Positions 43,612-58,269 of a DNA stretch of 64,000 nucleotides are shown piece after piece. Numbering within the stretch: the first letter of the stretch is position 1; each line of letters begins with the position of its first letter. Made by a program: the position numbers and the translations under genes. The notes beneath the pieces were generated by a model, which worked only from the letters and a program-made list of their open reading frames with translations, was not told the DNA's origin and made no database searches. The stretch is from Eledone cirrhosa (lineage: Eukaryota), in NCBI GenBank assembly GCA_964016885.1, contig OZ024743.1, forward strand, positions 279,434,001-279,498,000, given 5' to 3'.

Positions 43612-43978
43612 ACTCTCAAGCGTGAACCTAACACCAAACACCTTTCGTAAATGTACCCCTTGTTGTTGTTATTTACATTTTCTATAGATATATATATTCG
43701 AACAATTTATGTATTCTAGCATCTTTCTATGTTAAACAATGAGATACTGAATTCATTCAAGTGATTTGAAATTGTCAGTACTTTAACGTTTTCTATGTTA
43801 AGCTGTTGAATCATTGATTATTCTTTGCTTTCCTGCAAGGGTTTCTACCTTGCTCTGCTTCCTTACAACAATTTAACTTGTGTCTGCTCTGGAATGTTCC
43901 TTCGAGCATGTTGTTAACGACAATATCGAATTCAGCGTATATCGATTTAAATATTTATAATATATATATATATATATA

Positions 43979-44151
<173 letters not shown>

Positions 44152-44558
44152 GTATATATATATATTTATATATATATATATATATATATATACGTATATA
44201 TATACATATATATATATATATATACATATATAGACATATATAGACATATATAGACATATATATATATACATATATATACATACATATATATACATATATG
44301 TATATATACAGTGGCGGACTGGGTCTAAGAATATTGGTTGCTAGGAGATGAAGAGTACCCACATACATATAGAATGCTATCATATAATTTTTATAATGAA
44401 TAAATAACATTTTCAAAAAATACATAAGAGGAAACAAAACAGTGCAATCAAATTTTTGCAGAAAAATATCTTATATTCTCCAATATAACATCTAGAGACT
44501 TTCAATAACGACCTTTGGTCTTTCACACTCACTCTCTATATATATACATATACATACA

Positions 44559-44668
<110 letters not shown>

Positions 44669-44739
44669 AAATTCAAAGGGATATATGTATATAATTAGAC
44701 ATAGTCACAGATACTAGTCACAGATACATATATGAGCTT

Positions 44740-45390
44740 GGCTACCTTTCACGGTGTGGCTCAATGAAGAATTAATTAAGCAAATAATCATTAATCAGAG
44801 CTATATATAAAATTGCAAGTTTGAAGAATTATTAGATAAAATATATACAGTATTTCCTCTCCTTAGTCCGTATAAATCAACCACATAATCATTTAAACGG
44901 CTATAAGTTTAAAATGTAACTATGAAGAAATAATAGACAAATGACACATTTTTTAATTCAATTCTGGCGGGGATCATGGTAGAAACTTTAGCCTAGACTC
45001 GGGGAGTCTCTTGCTGAGTTCCAAGCCACGTGGATAAATCCAAGATCGGGTATATCCACAAAAAAGGAACGAAACTACCGCTAGTCGAGACTAGAGGAAT
45101 TTTGGTAAAGTTTATATGCATTATTTATTGAAACTTCTATTTTATACCTAACTCCGTGTAGTTGATTATTTGTCGAGTCAATTTCTACGGGCTAAAAGAA
45201 ATAACTAGATAAATTTTATCTGGCTGTCCCTCGCGGAAGATAGTCTGTATCATTTTTCTATTATTTCTTCATAGTTACATTTTAAACTTATAGCCTCGTT
45301 TAAATGATTATTTATGTGGTTGATTTATACGGACTAGGTGGAGGAAATACTGTATATATTTTATGTAATAATTTTTCAAACTTGAATTTT
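44740..45390. mobile_element. Fold-back element related to the 23572/38630 family
   Basis: About 44805-44935 is inverted at about 45260-45390; shares GTGGCTCAATGAA and ATTTCCTCTCC with 23635-23735. Confidence 0.55.
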
Positions 45391-45710
45391 ATATATATAT
45401 GTGAGTACGTGTATATGTGTGCATGTACATGTGTATATATAGATTTATATATATGTACACATAACACGTTTTCAAGTTGTAAAAAAATCGCTAGGAATGT
45501 AAAATAAAAAAGTGAGAAAGATTACATGTACCTCATGACCAGGATTGAACCCAATGGCAGTACTTCCACCGTCTCTAGTACCTACCGATAGGGCACAGAG
45601 ACAATTAAGAAAAGCTTATGAAAATTCATACTTATAAACCTACTTCCAAAATTTTCAAAACAAAATGATGTGGTGTCATTCATGTCTTTCTTAATGTTAT
45701 TGTTCCTACT

Positions 45711-45788
<78 letters not shown>

Positions 45789-45801
45789 TGTGTGTACATA
45801 A

Positions 45802-45894
<93 letters not shown>

Positions 45895-45915
45895 TATATA
45901 TACATATATATACAC

Positions 45916-45951
<36 letters not shown>

Positions 45952-45952
45952 G

Positions 45953-46035
<83 letters not shown>

Positions 46036-46038
<3 letters not shown>

Positions 46039-46215
46039 TGGTAACACAACAGTTCGTTCCCCACACCGAGAACAATTGTTTCACCTTAGCGGCTAAGGTG
46101 AAACAATTGTTCTCGGTATAGTGAACTAACAGTTGTGTAACCACTTCTACCTAACTCGTCCCATGAACTCAGTGCTCTACCACTACGGATATTACCTTCC
46201 ACTGTTCTACCTATA
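46036..46215. mobile_element. Palindromic copy of the 34265 family
   Basis: GAGAACAATTGTTTCACCTTAGC-G-GCTAAGGTGAAACAATTGTTCTC, centre about 46091. Confidence 0.75.
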
Positions 46216-47809
46216 TCTCTTTCTCTCTAGATATATATGTATATGTATATATATGTATATGTATATATACATATGTATATATATTGGTAACTGTATGTTT
46301 CAGTCTATATTCGGGCTAGACATTAACTAGCAGCCGTACTCTGGCTTACAGGCGAAACTGTTGCATCTAAATTCTACAAAAGACAGTTCAATTTGAGCTG
46401 CATAAAAATATACCAACACAATTAATAATAGAATTTAAAATAAAATTCTATTGTTAATAATATTTTTTTTTTGTAGGAAAACATTTCATTTATTATACAG
46501 AACTGATTTATATATTTGCTCTGAATTAATTATTTTTCTAACACGTAACCTTTTCTTGAGGTCTATTGCAGTCTTTTTGAGTATACAAAATACTCATTCC
46601 TATAGAGCAATAAGAATCAGGTTCCTGAAACAGTCGCTTAGCTTTTGATCCCCTTGCAAATATTTGCCCTTATGCACCCTTTCATATTCAAACGTGCATC
46701 ATGAAGGTTTATAACTTAGATCGACAAATAAATAATTTAAATTCAATCTGTCTGCAATAATTTCTTTTACTTGCAAGATATTTGGGAAAGAACGAAATAC
46801 TAAAAAAAAAGGGTCAATAGGGATTAAAAATAGATCATAAATATGAATAGCTATATCCGCAAAACGAATGGATAGATCCGGAGCACAAAACACAGAGTCA
46901 TGACACAGCAAATGTAAATGACTTAACTCACTTCTTTTCGTTGGCCTGCAGCTGCAGTTATTGTAGGCGCTTTTACCCTGAACAGGCCTCTACTCTCACA
47001 TTCTTTTTTAAGTGCTACTTAAATTGTTTATTTAAATATTATTATAACTGGATAGGTTATCTATTTTGTTTTGCTATATATTACCATCAGTTGGAATTGA
47101 TACATTAAGTAAGAGGCATTTTAATAATCAATTGTCCTTAATCTCCCTTTTTGTAAGAGCTACCATGTCCTCGATTATGACCACTTTGTCATTCCTTTTG
47201 TAGTGTATATTTGTAACATCTCGCTTTGTAGTTTAACGCTACTTTAGTGTTGGTATTTCAAAACCATGGCATAATTTCCAGCGTATGAATAATATTAAAA
47301 GTCGTTATCCTGATGTAATTTACGTTGCCTTCTGAACTAGCACCAGTGCATCTTTGGTCATTGTTTAGTCTCGGTCTTCACTGTATATCAACTGATTTCT
47401 ATTTCTAGATCTTTACATTTTGGCAACCCGCTTTTTTATTTTTTATTTATTATTTACATTCTTGCAGTGTTTTTCTCTAGTGTTCCATTATGACTGGTAT
47501 TGCCATAGCAATATATTTGTTGCAGCAATTACACACTTGTTGTCCGGATTTCAATTCAAGCTAGGATCGATTTTGTTTTCCTCTCCTTTAAAAATCGATA
47601 AAATGAATTCCAACTAATATTGATGTCAGGGGCTATCGATTTTATCGATTTAAAATCCCTCCTCTCATTTAACAAACAAGGACCTTCTGCCAAGGCAAAA
47701 TAAATCATTAGGTTTATCACTTCATGTGTACTACTCCGACATCAACGATATCATCTTCATTAAGATTTTCATCAGCAACAGCAGCATAAACGTAATCATT
47801 TTTATGCCA

Positions 47810-47917
47810 TCACTGCCGTCGTCACTATAATCACCCACAACCTCATCATCATCATCGTCATCATTATAATCATCATCCTCATCATCATCGTCATCACCAT
47901 TATCATCATTATCATCA

Positions 47918-48002
<85 letters not shown>

Positions 48003-48106
48003 TATCATCATCGTCGTCATCATCATCATCATCATCATTATCATCGTCATCGACATCGTCATCAACATCATTATCATCATCACCATCAACAGTATCATCA
48101 TCGACG

Positions 48107-48140
<34 letters not shown>

Positions 48141-48160
48141 TATCATCATCGTCGTCATCG

Positions 48161-48221
<61 letters not shown>

Positions 48222-48250
48222 AACCACCATCATCGTCGTCATCCTCAGCA
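47810..48250. repeat. (CAT)n/(CGT)n microsatellite
   Basis: Direct reading; source of the poly-D and poly-M ORFs. Confidence 0.95.
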
Positions 48251-48497
48251 ACATCCCCAACACCAACTCCATCGCCACCACAAAGGCTACAGCCACACAG
48301 GCCATACATGCCACCGCTATGAATACCATTATGTTCCTTACAAAATGTTCGATCATTCAATAATAATGTTTTCTATTAGGAATTATGGCCAGTCTACCAG
48401 TCTACCTACATCTCATATTTTATCGCATTATACATATTTTTTTCTATGGTCATTAGCATTATATACATAATATACATATGATCATATATATAAATCA

Positions 48498-48628
<131 letters not shown>

Positions 48629-48663
48629 GATACATATGTATATATGTACATATATATATATAT

Positions 48664-48718
<55 letters not shown>

Positions 48719-48747
48719 CATATATATATATACATATATATATATAC

Positions 48748-48782
<35 letters not shown>

Positions 48783-48783
48783 C

Positions 48784-48851
<68 letters not shown>

Positions 48852-48855
48852 CTGT

Positions 48856-48916
<61 letters not shown>

Positions 48917-49542
48917 CATATATATAGAGAGAGAGAAAGAGAGAAACTGACAGACAGGGAGGGAGGTATATATATATATATATATATATATCTTTGTATA
49001 CATATATATACTACGTGTATATTTTTTCTGACTGTCAGGCTTGCTCAGACTTAATGATAACAACACTAAGAACATCGAAAACAAAACTAAAAACACCAAT
49101 AGGGTTGAACATCATCATCATCATCATTATCAACAACGACATCATCAGCGGAAGCAGAACACAACAACAATAAGAGGTCAATACATTAGATAAACAAGAC
49201 CAAACTGAAAAGAAAACAAAAGAAAACAAAAGTGGTTACTAATATTATGTCGACATATCTATGAGAGAGCTAAAGCAATTTTGACAGAACATTCTAGAAT
49301 TAATGGCGTAGAACATGTAATGAAAATAAATCCGGCCATGTTACTTTCTTACACACCGGCAAACACATATACGTATACATACCGGCAAATACACGTACAC
49401 TCATTACACGTGCGCACACTTATATATACCATGCGTGCACACATCACAGACACACATTAAACGCGCACTATGCTTTCCATTAACTGACATATACTCAGAA
49501 ACCAACAAACATATCTTATATACATACACACACATACACATA

Positions 49543-49574
<32 letters not shown>

Positions 49575-49620
49575 TCTCGACCCACAAACACACACAGACG
49601 CACACAGACATACACACATC

Positions 49621-49652
<32 letters not shown>

Positions 49653-50116
49653 GGAAAATTTTAAAGACCTTCTTCGTTATATATATATATATACGCAAAC
49701 CCTCAACTGCACGTTATATGTAAAACATAAATAAACATATAATTATGTGTGTATATGCGTGCTTATGTGTATGTGTGAGTGTACATGCGATACTTGTTTA
49801 ACAGTTTCCGTAGTACCGAAAACACGTCATACATCGTTATAAAAACTATGTATTTGCAGGGTTGTCTGTGTTTGTGAAATTATGCTATTATAGAATGGCA
49901 AGTGCGTTAGTTAGAGGGTGGATGCGTTTGTGTGAATCTGAGATTGAGTCTGAATTTATTTATCTGCATTCATATACATAACTATTTGATATAAACCCAT
50001 ATATATGAGCTTTTGTTTTGTGGCCAATGCTTTGGAGGTATTGCAAGCAGACACATTACAACTTCTTACTCATACTCATACACATAAATACACACACACA
50101 CACACATCACACACAT

Positions 50117-50160
<44 letters not shown>

Positions 50161-50386
50161 GTGCCCACACTCACACCCCTACAAACACACATAAACCAGT
50201 CTCTTTACTCTTTTTTCAATTCATAAAGAGACTCTGAAAGAAAGAAAACAACGTTCTTACAAGTCTGATATTTCGATGTATAACATTACCCCCCATTAAG
50301 TAACTCACGAATTGATGTACTTAAAAATAATATAATTTAATATAACATAATAAAATATAGTATAAAATAATATAATATATATATAA

Positions 50387-50445
<59 letters not shown>

Positions 50446-51489
50446 AGAGTCAGAAACCAAACGGCTGAGCTCTTGACTTTTTATAATATAACCATACTCT
50501 ACTACCCCAAGTATCGAGGACTCTGGTGAGTAATGGTCTAACCAACCTGATTTATGTATGTATATGAATATGTTGATTAAATTTTAATTTGTGAGAAAGG
50601 AACGATTCTGAAACTGTCATTTTTATAGAGTTGTGAAAGGAAATCCATATCTGGGTTGTTATATCTAACTCTATAGAGAAAAACGATTAAAATATAGTCA
50701 AACTAGGATACAGAGCCATTTTTTGGGAGAGATATGTTTAAGAGAAATAAATACTAACAGACTGGGGACGTGTTATGGCAGAGAAGGGGTAGAGTGTGAA
50801 TGTGGACGAAGCGACGGAGGGACATTTAGATCCTACAACGGTGTGTATTTGCTAAGCTTAGAAGTGGAGAGTCAACAAAGGATACTATAAGGAGTACTTT
50901 GACTTGCAAGACATGGCAAACAACACTCTTTGGTATTATACCCTATTGTGTTAAGAAAGGAAATAGATATTCGACAAGGTGGCATTCGATATATAATATC
51001 TGCAGGTAAAAGCGCCTTTGATCATAGTGTTACCTGGTTAAAACGAAAGAACTTAAAATCGTAAAAGTAAACTAATTCCAGCCGTTTATAGAAGTGTAGC
51101 ATTGCATAAATAAAACTTGTATAAATGTATATATTTGTGGAGTGGACGTGGTTCGCAACGGTTCATGTGAACAATCTGTTGCAATCATTTCTCTTAAAAC
51201 TCAAATCTGGTTAACAGTTTACTCAACTCGTAAAAACGATATTTCTAACACATTGTTATCGCAATCAAGTTAAGAATTAAACTGGCTCCTCACGTACACT
51301 CGGGGAAAGTCAACTGAAAATTAATCACTATATATATTGCTTACTTTTTTCTGTTCTAATATTAAGATCTAGACATTAGTAAAGCTTATATGGTGTTAAC
51401 ACTTAAGGATATCTATGAGAGCATTCGTATGTATCGCTCCATCTAATCATAATTGTGTATTCTTATGCTTAAGCGTGTGTAATTGTGTT

Positions 51490-51579
<90 letters not shown>

Positions 51580-51766
51580 AGACTATATATATATATTTAT
51601 ATCTGTATTTTTGACCGTTGGTCAGTCAATGATAAACATTGATGGCCGAATGAATTAACTACGGAGATATAAAAGATGCAGAAGCGAAAACGAACCAAAC
51701 AGTGAGTGTGTTCTGTTATTAATTCTGGCAATATTATTACAACAATATGACCCTCCCCAAGTATAA

Positions 51767-51885
<119 letters not shown>

Positions 51886-52287
51886 GATGGCTGTATCTCG
51901 ATTTTGAGTAATGCCATCGCTGGATACTTAAGCATGACTATCACGGACGTGGCATTTTAGTCCTGCTAGGGACTTGCCCATGGCCAGCAATACCACGCAA
52001 AAGGTTTCACATATCAAGTGATGCCTGTGCTTGAAGCTTTTTAAAGTGATAAAAGGTTTTGCCCGTGGCCAATTCCACTCTCTTAACATCGAATGATCTG
52101 TTTTAAATCAGTGGATGCAAACGAAGTCGGAGGTTTTATGTCAGAGTGACCTTCTGCTAGAGAGATGTCTTAATGAAGAATAGGTGTTTTTCGCTCCACC
52201 CCACAAAAAAATTGGATGGCCGTTGACTCTCCTGATTTCCTGCGTCCCTCGACAGGTTTTTTCCTTTCATTCTGAAGGGTTTCCAAA

Positions 52288-52390
52288 ATTACCCTCCTCA
52301 CCAAGTGAGCTTGGCGACCCGACTATACACAGGCTGTACTGTGTTACATGTTACCAGTAGCGCTGAATAGCGGCCTGACATAAATATATA

Positions 52391-52434
<44 letters not shown>

Positions 52435-52435
52435 T

Positions 52436-52482
<47 letters not shown>

Positions 52483-52637
52483 ATGAATAATGGTCTAACC
52501 ATCCTGAATTTTTATATATAAATATATAGTAATATATATTTATGTCAGGTCTCTCTTCAGCGCCGTGGGTAACATGTAACACAGTACAGTGCCACTGGTA
52601 ACATGTAACACAGTACAGCCTGGCGAGGAGGGTAATT
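52288..52637. repeat. Inverted-repeat element enclosing (TA)n
   Basis: AATTACCCTCCTCACCA...CAGGCTGTACTGTGTTACATGTTACCAGT...CCTGACATAAATATATA is mirrored at 52532-52637. Confidence 0.65.
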
Positions 52638-54276
52638 GTATTACACACACATTGCCAAAAAACGCCGTATATAAATATGGCGTCGCTGCGATTCTAACGG
52701 GAGTTGCGGGACTATACATACATGCATGTCTTCATATGTATTTATGTGTGTGTACAGGTATAAATCTGTACGTTTGGATTTATAAACATGTTGAAAAGTA
52801 CTCAATACCAAAGTAGAGAATGTTATATATTTATTGTATTGTTGCGATTATTCTCTGTTGCTTTGTCGCTGAACATATCGCTGAAAATAAGTTTTACCTG
52901 ACATAAGAATGTATGGCAGATATAATTGTTGTCGCCAAAACAATAAATTAGCTAGTAATGAAAGTTTTCAAAGACCCGCAAATGAATATTAAGATATTGT
53001 GAAAATGACAATACATTATATTGATAGTACTGACAACACTCATTATATTTGCACATGTTATTTCTATTTTAGCGAAATTCAGAGTAGCGTCAGACTCTCT
53101 CCCCATCCTCCAGGGAAACGCCTTCTCTGTTCTGTTTGCCAGGGTTGCCGGGCAGCCAATGCGTGGGCAGCCAATGCGTGGGGCCCCATTTGCTCATAAT
53201 AGTGAGAGATGGGGTGAGCAAGAGAGACGGAAGCAGTGACAGTGGAAGTTCGGTTCCTTTGTGTTCGGATCTGGTGTATATCTATATGTTTCACAAACAC
53301 ACATTCATATCATGTTTGTTAATAAAGAGAATAAACTTAGTAATGTAATAGATACATATACATGTACGTACATTTGTAGGTGTTCGCAACAAACATTTTC
53401 TAATTTCATATTACTATGTATTAGAAAGTATGTAGGTATATGTTTGTTTGGTATTTTAGTTAGGTTTTGTACATGTATGCATATCAGCGAAAATCTGTTT
53501 CGGAAATGGCATAATGTATGGTTCTATGTTTTATAGCTGCATTGTTGAATAACGCGTTGTAATAATTAGTCTGCACATTCTTGTCGTGTTCTCTGCTAAA
53601 CATTGTCTATAGAAGGTTTCCAGTCAGGTTTTTAAAATATTTTGTTGTTCCTTGTCCCCAACTCATATCGATCTTATAATGACTAACATAGAAGTACAGT
53701 TTCAGTACTGGCATCCGTGACACCATTTACAAAATAAGCTACTTGGTTAATCGCTTCAAAATCACTCCCAACCACTGGGTCACAAATGACCTGATTCCTA
53801 CTTCTGGTGTTAATACAATGTTTCCTGCTTCTTGGGTATTGCTGAAGTTATGCCATCTCCATTTACGCACACCTGATTGACCAGTCTTTCCACCTCTCAA
53901 TAATGATATAGTGTCGTCATTCCCTATTTCTCCGCAGTAACCACTGTGTATTTCCTACCAAGAACGCCGATCCACTGTTACTCACTCCCTGTTCATATCC
54001 TTTCCATAGGAATGAAACTGTAGCAAGTTAGACAAGGCATTAGCGACATCAATCTCTTCCGTCTCAGAGGCTGTATGAAGGCCGTGAACACTACCACTTC
54101 CTGCAGACCTTGCAAGTTAAAAAACAAAGAGCTTTTTTGCCTCCTTTACTGAGACCACATCAATGAATGGACATATTCGGGAACTCTTGTTTTCTATAAT
54201 CACGTACAGATCGGACTTCGCGATTGTCGCTTTTTGTATATACTTGCATATCGAAGAGAATAATACATTATTATTA

Positions 54277-54462
54277 GGATTGGCAGTATCGGTAGAGGGT
54301 CGGACGCCATGCTTTGACGCATAGAGTTACGGCCCTTGCCATTCTGAGTTCAAATCCCGCCGAGGTTAACTTTGCCTTTCATCCTTTCGGGGTCGATAAA
54401 ATAAAGTACCAGTAATACACTGGTTAATTGCTGGCCTTGTGCCAAATGTAGAAACAATTATT
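54277..54462 (+). mobile_element. tRNA-derived SINE
   Basis: TGGCAGTATCGGT A-box-like and GAGTTCAAATCCC B-box motifs, a core resembling the Nin/Deu domain (GCCTTTCATCCTTTCGGGGTCGATAAAATAAAGTACCAG) and an (ATT)n tail. Confidence 0.85.
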
Positions 54463-55004
54463 AAATTACTATCATCGCTTGGTTAGAGTAGTCGATAAGT
54501 ATAAACATTACCGAACCAGACAAAATGCTTTGTGGCATTTAGTTACAATCCTTTACTTTTCTGAATTCATATCACCCCAAGATCAAATGTGCCTTTCACC
54601 ATGCCAATGGATCGTTAAATTTAAGTAGTATTCAAGCTCATGTATCAATATTATCGACTTTCCCTTACAAGCAAATTGCTTGATTTTTGCCTCATTTAAA
54701 AGTCTTATCATAATAGTTTCAACAATTTGAAGTGATACTCTACGTGTTCCTGAAGTATAGTCAGTAAGTCTTTTAACATTTGTGAGTAACCTACACTGTC
54801 TTCTTTGGCAAGAATTTTCATTGGCACTTATGATTTTTTTTCTTCTCATTTTCTCATTAAACGTGGAATTTTAATCAATTAAATATGTTTGTTATGACAT
54901 TAATTATGAGTTCGAACTTAACAATATGTCGTTCACGCAGACAGTGTCTCGGGGAAATTTGCCAGTATCACAAATATATACTCAAACACTGACATACATA
55001 CTCA

Positions 55005-55043
<39 letters not shown>

Positions 55044-55054
55044 TATACACACGG

Positions 55055-55112
<58 letters not shown>

Positions 55113-55116
<4 letters not shown>

Positions 55117-56000
55117 GGAAAAAATGAAACAAAATGAAACAAAATTTCATTTCCCACTCTTAGTACGGCTGTTACTTAAATATAAGTATGTACACGTACA
55201 TACATATATGTATACAGACGTACAGTAGTATGTATATATATATACATATATGCACACATATATATATTTACGTATGGATTCACCGAACATTTATTATAAT
55301 GCTAGGTGTGTTTGTAAACAAACATCCCGTATTAAGCCGTAGTGTCTAGCAACCATCGTTGGTCGTTTGTTCAACACTGACAAAGGAACGCTGTATTAGT
55401 TTCAAGCTTATTAGCTATCGTCAGCAACATATACCTTCCTGCCAGATTGTTGAACGTATATACTTACCTTATGCATATTAATGGCTGAGTAGCCCAATTT
55501 GCATATGTGTGCATGTATGTATATATATATACATACTACTGTACGTCTGTCTACATATATGTATGTACGTGTACATACTTATATTTAAGTAACAGCCGTA
55601 CTAACAGTGGGAAATGAAATTTTATTTCATTTTTCCGTTTATCGTTTTCGGTGCACCCGGCCGATTAACCAACTCGATATGCAAATTGGGCTACTCAGCC
55701 ATTAATATGCATAAGGTAAGTATATACGTTCCACAATCTGGCAGGAAGGTATACGTTGCTGACGATAGCTAATAAGATTGAAACTAGTACAGCGTTCCTT
55801 TGTCAGTGTTGAACAAACGAGCAACGATGGTTGCTAGACACTACGGCTTAATACGGGATGTTTGTTTACAAACACACCGAGCATTATAATAAATGTTCGG
55901 TGAATCCATACGTACATATATATATGTGTGCATGTATGTATATATATATACATACTACTGTACGTCTGTATACATATATATATGTGCGTGTACATACTTA
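55113..56000. mobile_element. Head-to-head inverted pair of the 420-bp HHR family (HHRs 55388-55430 on -, 55753-55795 on +)
   Basis: Orientation switch near 55503. The + copy reads ACGTTG-CTGACGA-tAGCT aata AGATt-GAAA-CTAG-TA-CAGCGT. Both flanks are (TA)n. Confidence 0.85.
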
Positions 56001-56157
56001 TATATGTATATATATATATAAGCAAAAGAATGAGTGAGTGAAAGAGTTAAAAGCCGTTAAAACATGTCTTTATATAGCTCTTACACGTGTTTCACCCAGG
56101 GGGGACTCACCGGAGGTAGATACGATATTGTAACCTATTATATCTATATATATATAA

Positions 56158-56302
<145 letters not shown>

Positions 56303-56315
56303 TATATATATACAC

Positions 56316-56362
<47 letters not shown>

Positions 56363-56515
56363 AATTAAAATACTAGAGTGTGTTGGAGTTAAACACCCTC
56401 TTCGTATTATAGAAATGACAGTAAAGGTATAGCTGAATGTAATTAAACAGAGGCGAAGAATTATGAAAATAAACCAAAGAAGCCTTCAATACATCAAAAA
56501 TCTTCAAAAATCTTT

Positions 56516-56560
56516 ATTAGCCAACAATGTTTCGTCCTATTAAGGACTCATCAGGGCAAT
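56516..56560 (-). ncRNA. Type I hammerhead in inverted pLTR
   Basis: Minus strand: ATTGCC-CTGATGA-GTCCT taat AGGAC-GAAA-CATTG-TT-GGCTAAT. Confidence 0.8.
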
Positions 56561-57061
56561 TAAAGGTATAAGAAGCACTATCGGCCAATACAAGGCAAAA
56601 ACTCAGAAGAATATGGAGTGTACATACATTAAAGCATAGGAAAATTATCGCGTAAAAATTATCAAGTAAAAATTGCTAAGGAAGTGAATAACATTTTGAA
56701 CCATATTACAAATATAGTCCAATGCAAAAACTAAAGCTAAACAAAGGTGGTGATATAGAGCGGGAATTATTGTACTATATATAATATAATATAATATAAT
56801 ATAATATAATATAATATAATATCATATAATTGATAATGATAATAATAATAATAATATTAAAAGGCCCAATATACATATATATATATATACATATGTACAC
56901 ATATATACATATATATCAATACACATTTCCATCAATACAAGCACAAAATAACCCTTATTAAGAGTTTAAATATAAATAAGAATAATAAGAATAATAAGAA
57001 TAATAAGAATAAAAATAAAAATAAAAATAAAAATAAAAATAAAAATAAAAATAAAAATAAA

Positions 57062-57092
<31 letters not shown>

Positions 57093-57333
57093 TAAAAATA
57101 TAATACATATATTATTTACAGTATAAAATGAAGAAGAAATGATTAAAAGTAAACATATAATATATAATAAACTATATAATTATATAATAGATAATCTCCG
57201 GTTAATTTGCACAAACAATATAAATGTTACAATAACACTATAATAACAATATTATAATATAATGCAATATAACTTAACAAATCATATAGAGTTACAGACC
57301 GGGTGAGAAAAAAATATTGTACAGAACTAAATT

Positions 57334-58269
57334 ATGTTGGAAAAATTATGTTGGAAAAATATCAAAACCATTACAAGAAAACACCCTAATAATGTGGTTT
57401 TAACTAGTCCTTGTAGTAACCCAAATCTTAATAAGGGGATATTAGATAACGGTAGAGTTGGTAAGGATAAAAATAGAAGGAGACTAAATACTTATTTTAA
57501 CCCGCCATATAATCAGGAAGTATTAACTAACATCCCCAGGTCTTTCTTTTCTATCTTAGAGAAAAATTTCCCTCCTACTAATAAATACCATAGTATTTTT
57601 AATAAAAATGTAATTAAACTTTCATTCTCTACCACCCCTGATATTAGTTCTCATTTAGCTAGCAATGACAAAGGGAAAATTAGGGATGGATACTCCTCTC
57701 TACGTACTACTAGTCCGAATAGATCCATAAATACCTTACCACCTGAGCAGACCTTATCTCATAGTAACCCTACGTGTGATGCATCACTATTTCAGCCGAT
57801 CAATAGCACCCGGAAGTGTAACTGTAGAGTGAGTGCTAACTGCCCTTTAAACGGTAACTGCCTCTCTAAGAACATCGTTTATGCTTGTGTAGTTAAAACA
57901 AATTCCTCTAATAGCACATATATAGGCTCTACATCTAACACTTTTAAGACTAGGTTTAATTCTCATATCTCTAATTTTAAACATGTTAAGTTTAAGAATT
58001 CTACTTCTTTAGCACACCATATCTGGGATCTTAAGGGGGCTAATATACCATATAGCCTTAATTGGCGTATAGTAGCACGCTCTAATAACCTTTCAACACA
58101 TACTCAATTTTGTAATCTCTGTATCTTTGAGACCCACTCTATAATTTTCTCTAGGGAAACCTTACTTAATAGAAAGTTCGAGATATTCTCTTCTTGCCCC
58201 CATGCCATTTCAAATTCTTACTTTTATTATAAACCTAAAGGTTCTAGTAGTGTAAATTGTATCCATTAG
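57334..58269 (+). CDS. PLE C-terminal region: linker, Cys-rich motif and GIY-YIG endonuclease (RT missing)
   Basis: YFNPPYN...IFNKNVIKLSFS, CNCRVSANCPLNGNC, NIVY...TYIGST..FKTRFNSH, CNLCIFE, LLNRKFEIFSSCPH. The first ~17 codons come from the inverted arm. Confidence 0.88.
   Translation: MLEKLCWKNIKTITRKHPNNVVLTSPCSNPNLNKGILDNGRVGKDKNRRRLNTYFNPPYNQEVLTNIPRSFFSILEKNFPPTNKYHSIFNKNVIKLSFSTTPDISSHLASNDKGKIRDGYSSLRTTSPNRSINTLPPEQTLSHSNPTCDASLFQPINSTRKCNCRVSANCPLNGNCLSKNIVYACVVKTNSSNSTYIGSTSNTFKTRFNSHISNFKHVKFKNSTSLAHHIWDLKGANIPYSLNWRIVARSNNLSTHTQFCNLCIFETHSIIFSRETLLNRKFEIFSSCPHAISNSYFYYKPKGSSSVNCIH

Noticed and set aside
47731-48360. Asp-rich 209-aa ORF resembling an acidic biomineral protein
   Set aside because: It is a (GAT)n microsatellite with no signal peptide or splice evidence.
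57334-58269. Selenocysteine recoding as in some Naiad PLEs
   Set aside because: No in-frame TGA in this ORF, and the stop in the 63662 fragment is TAG at a Tyr position.
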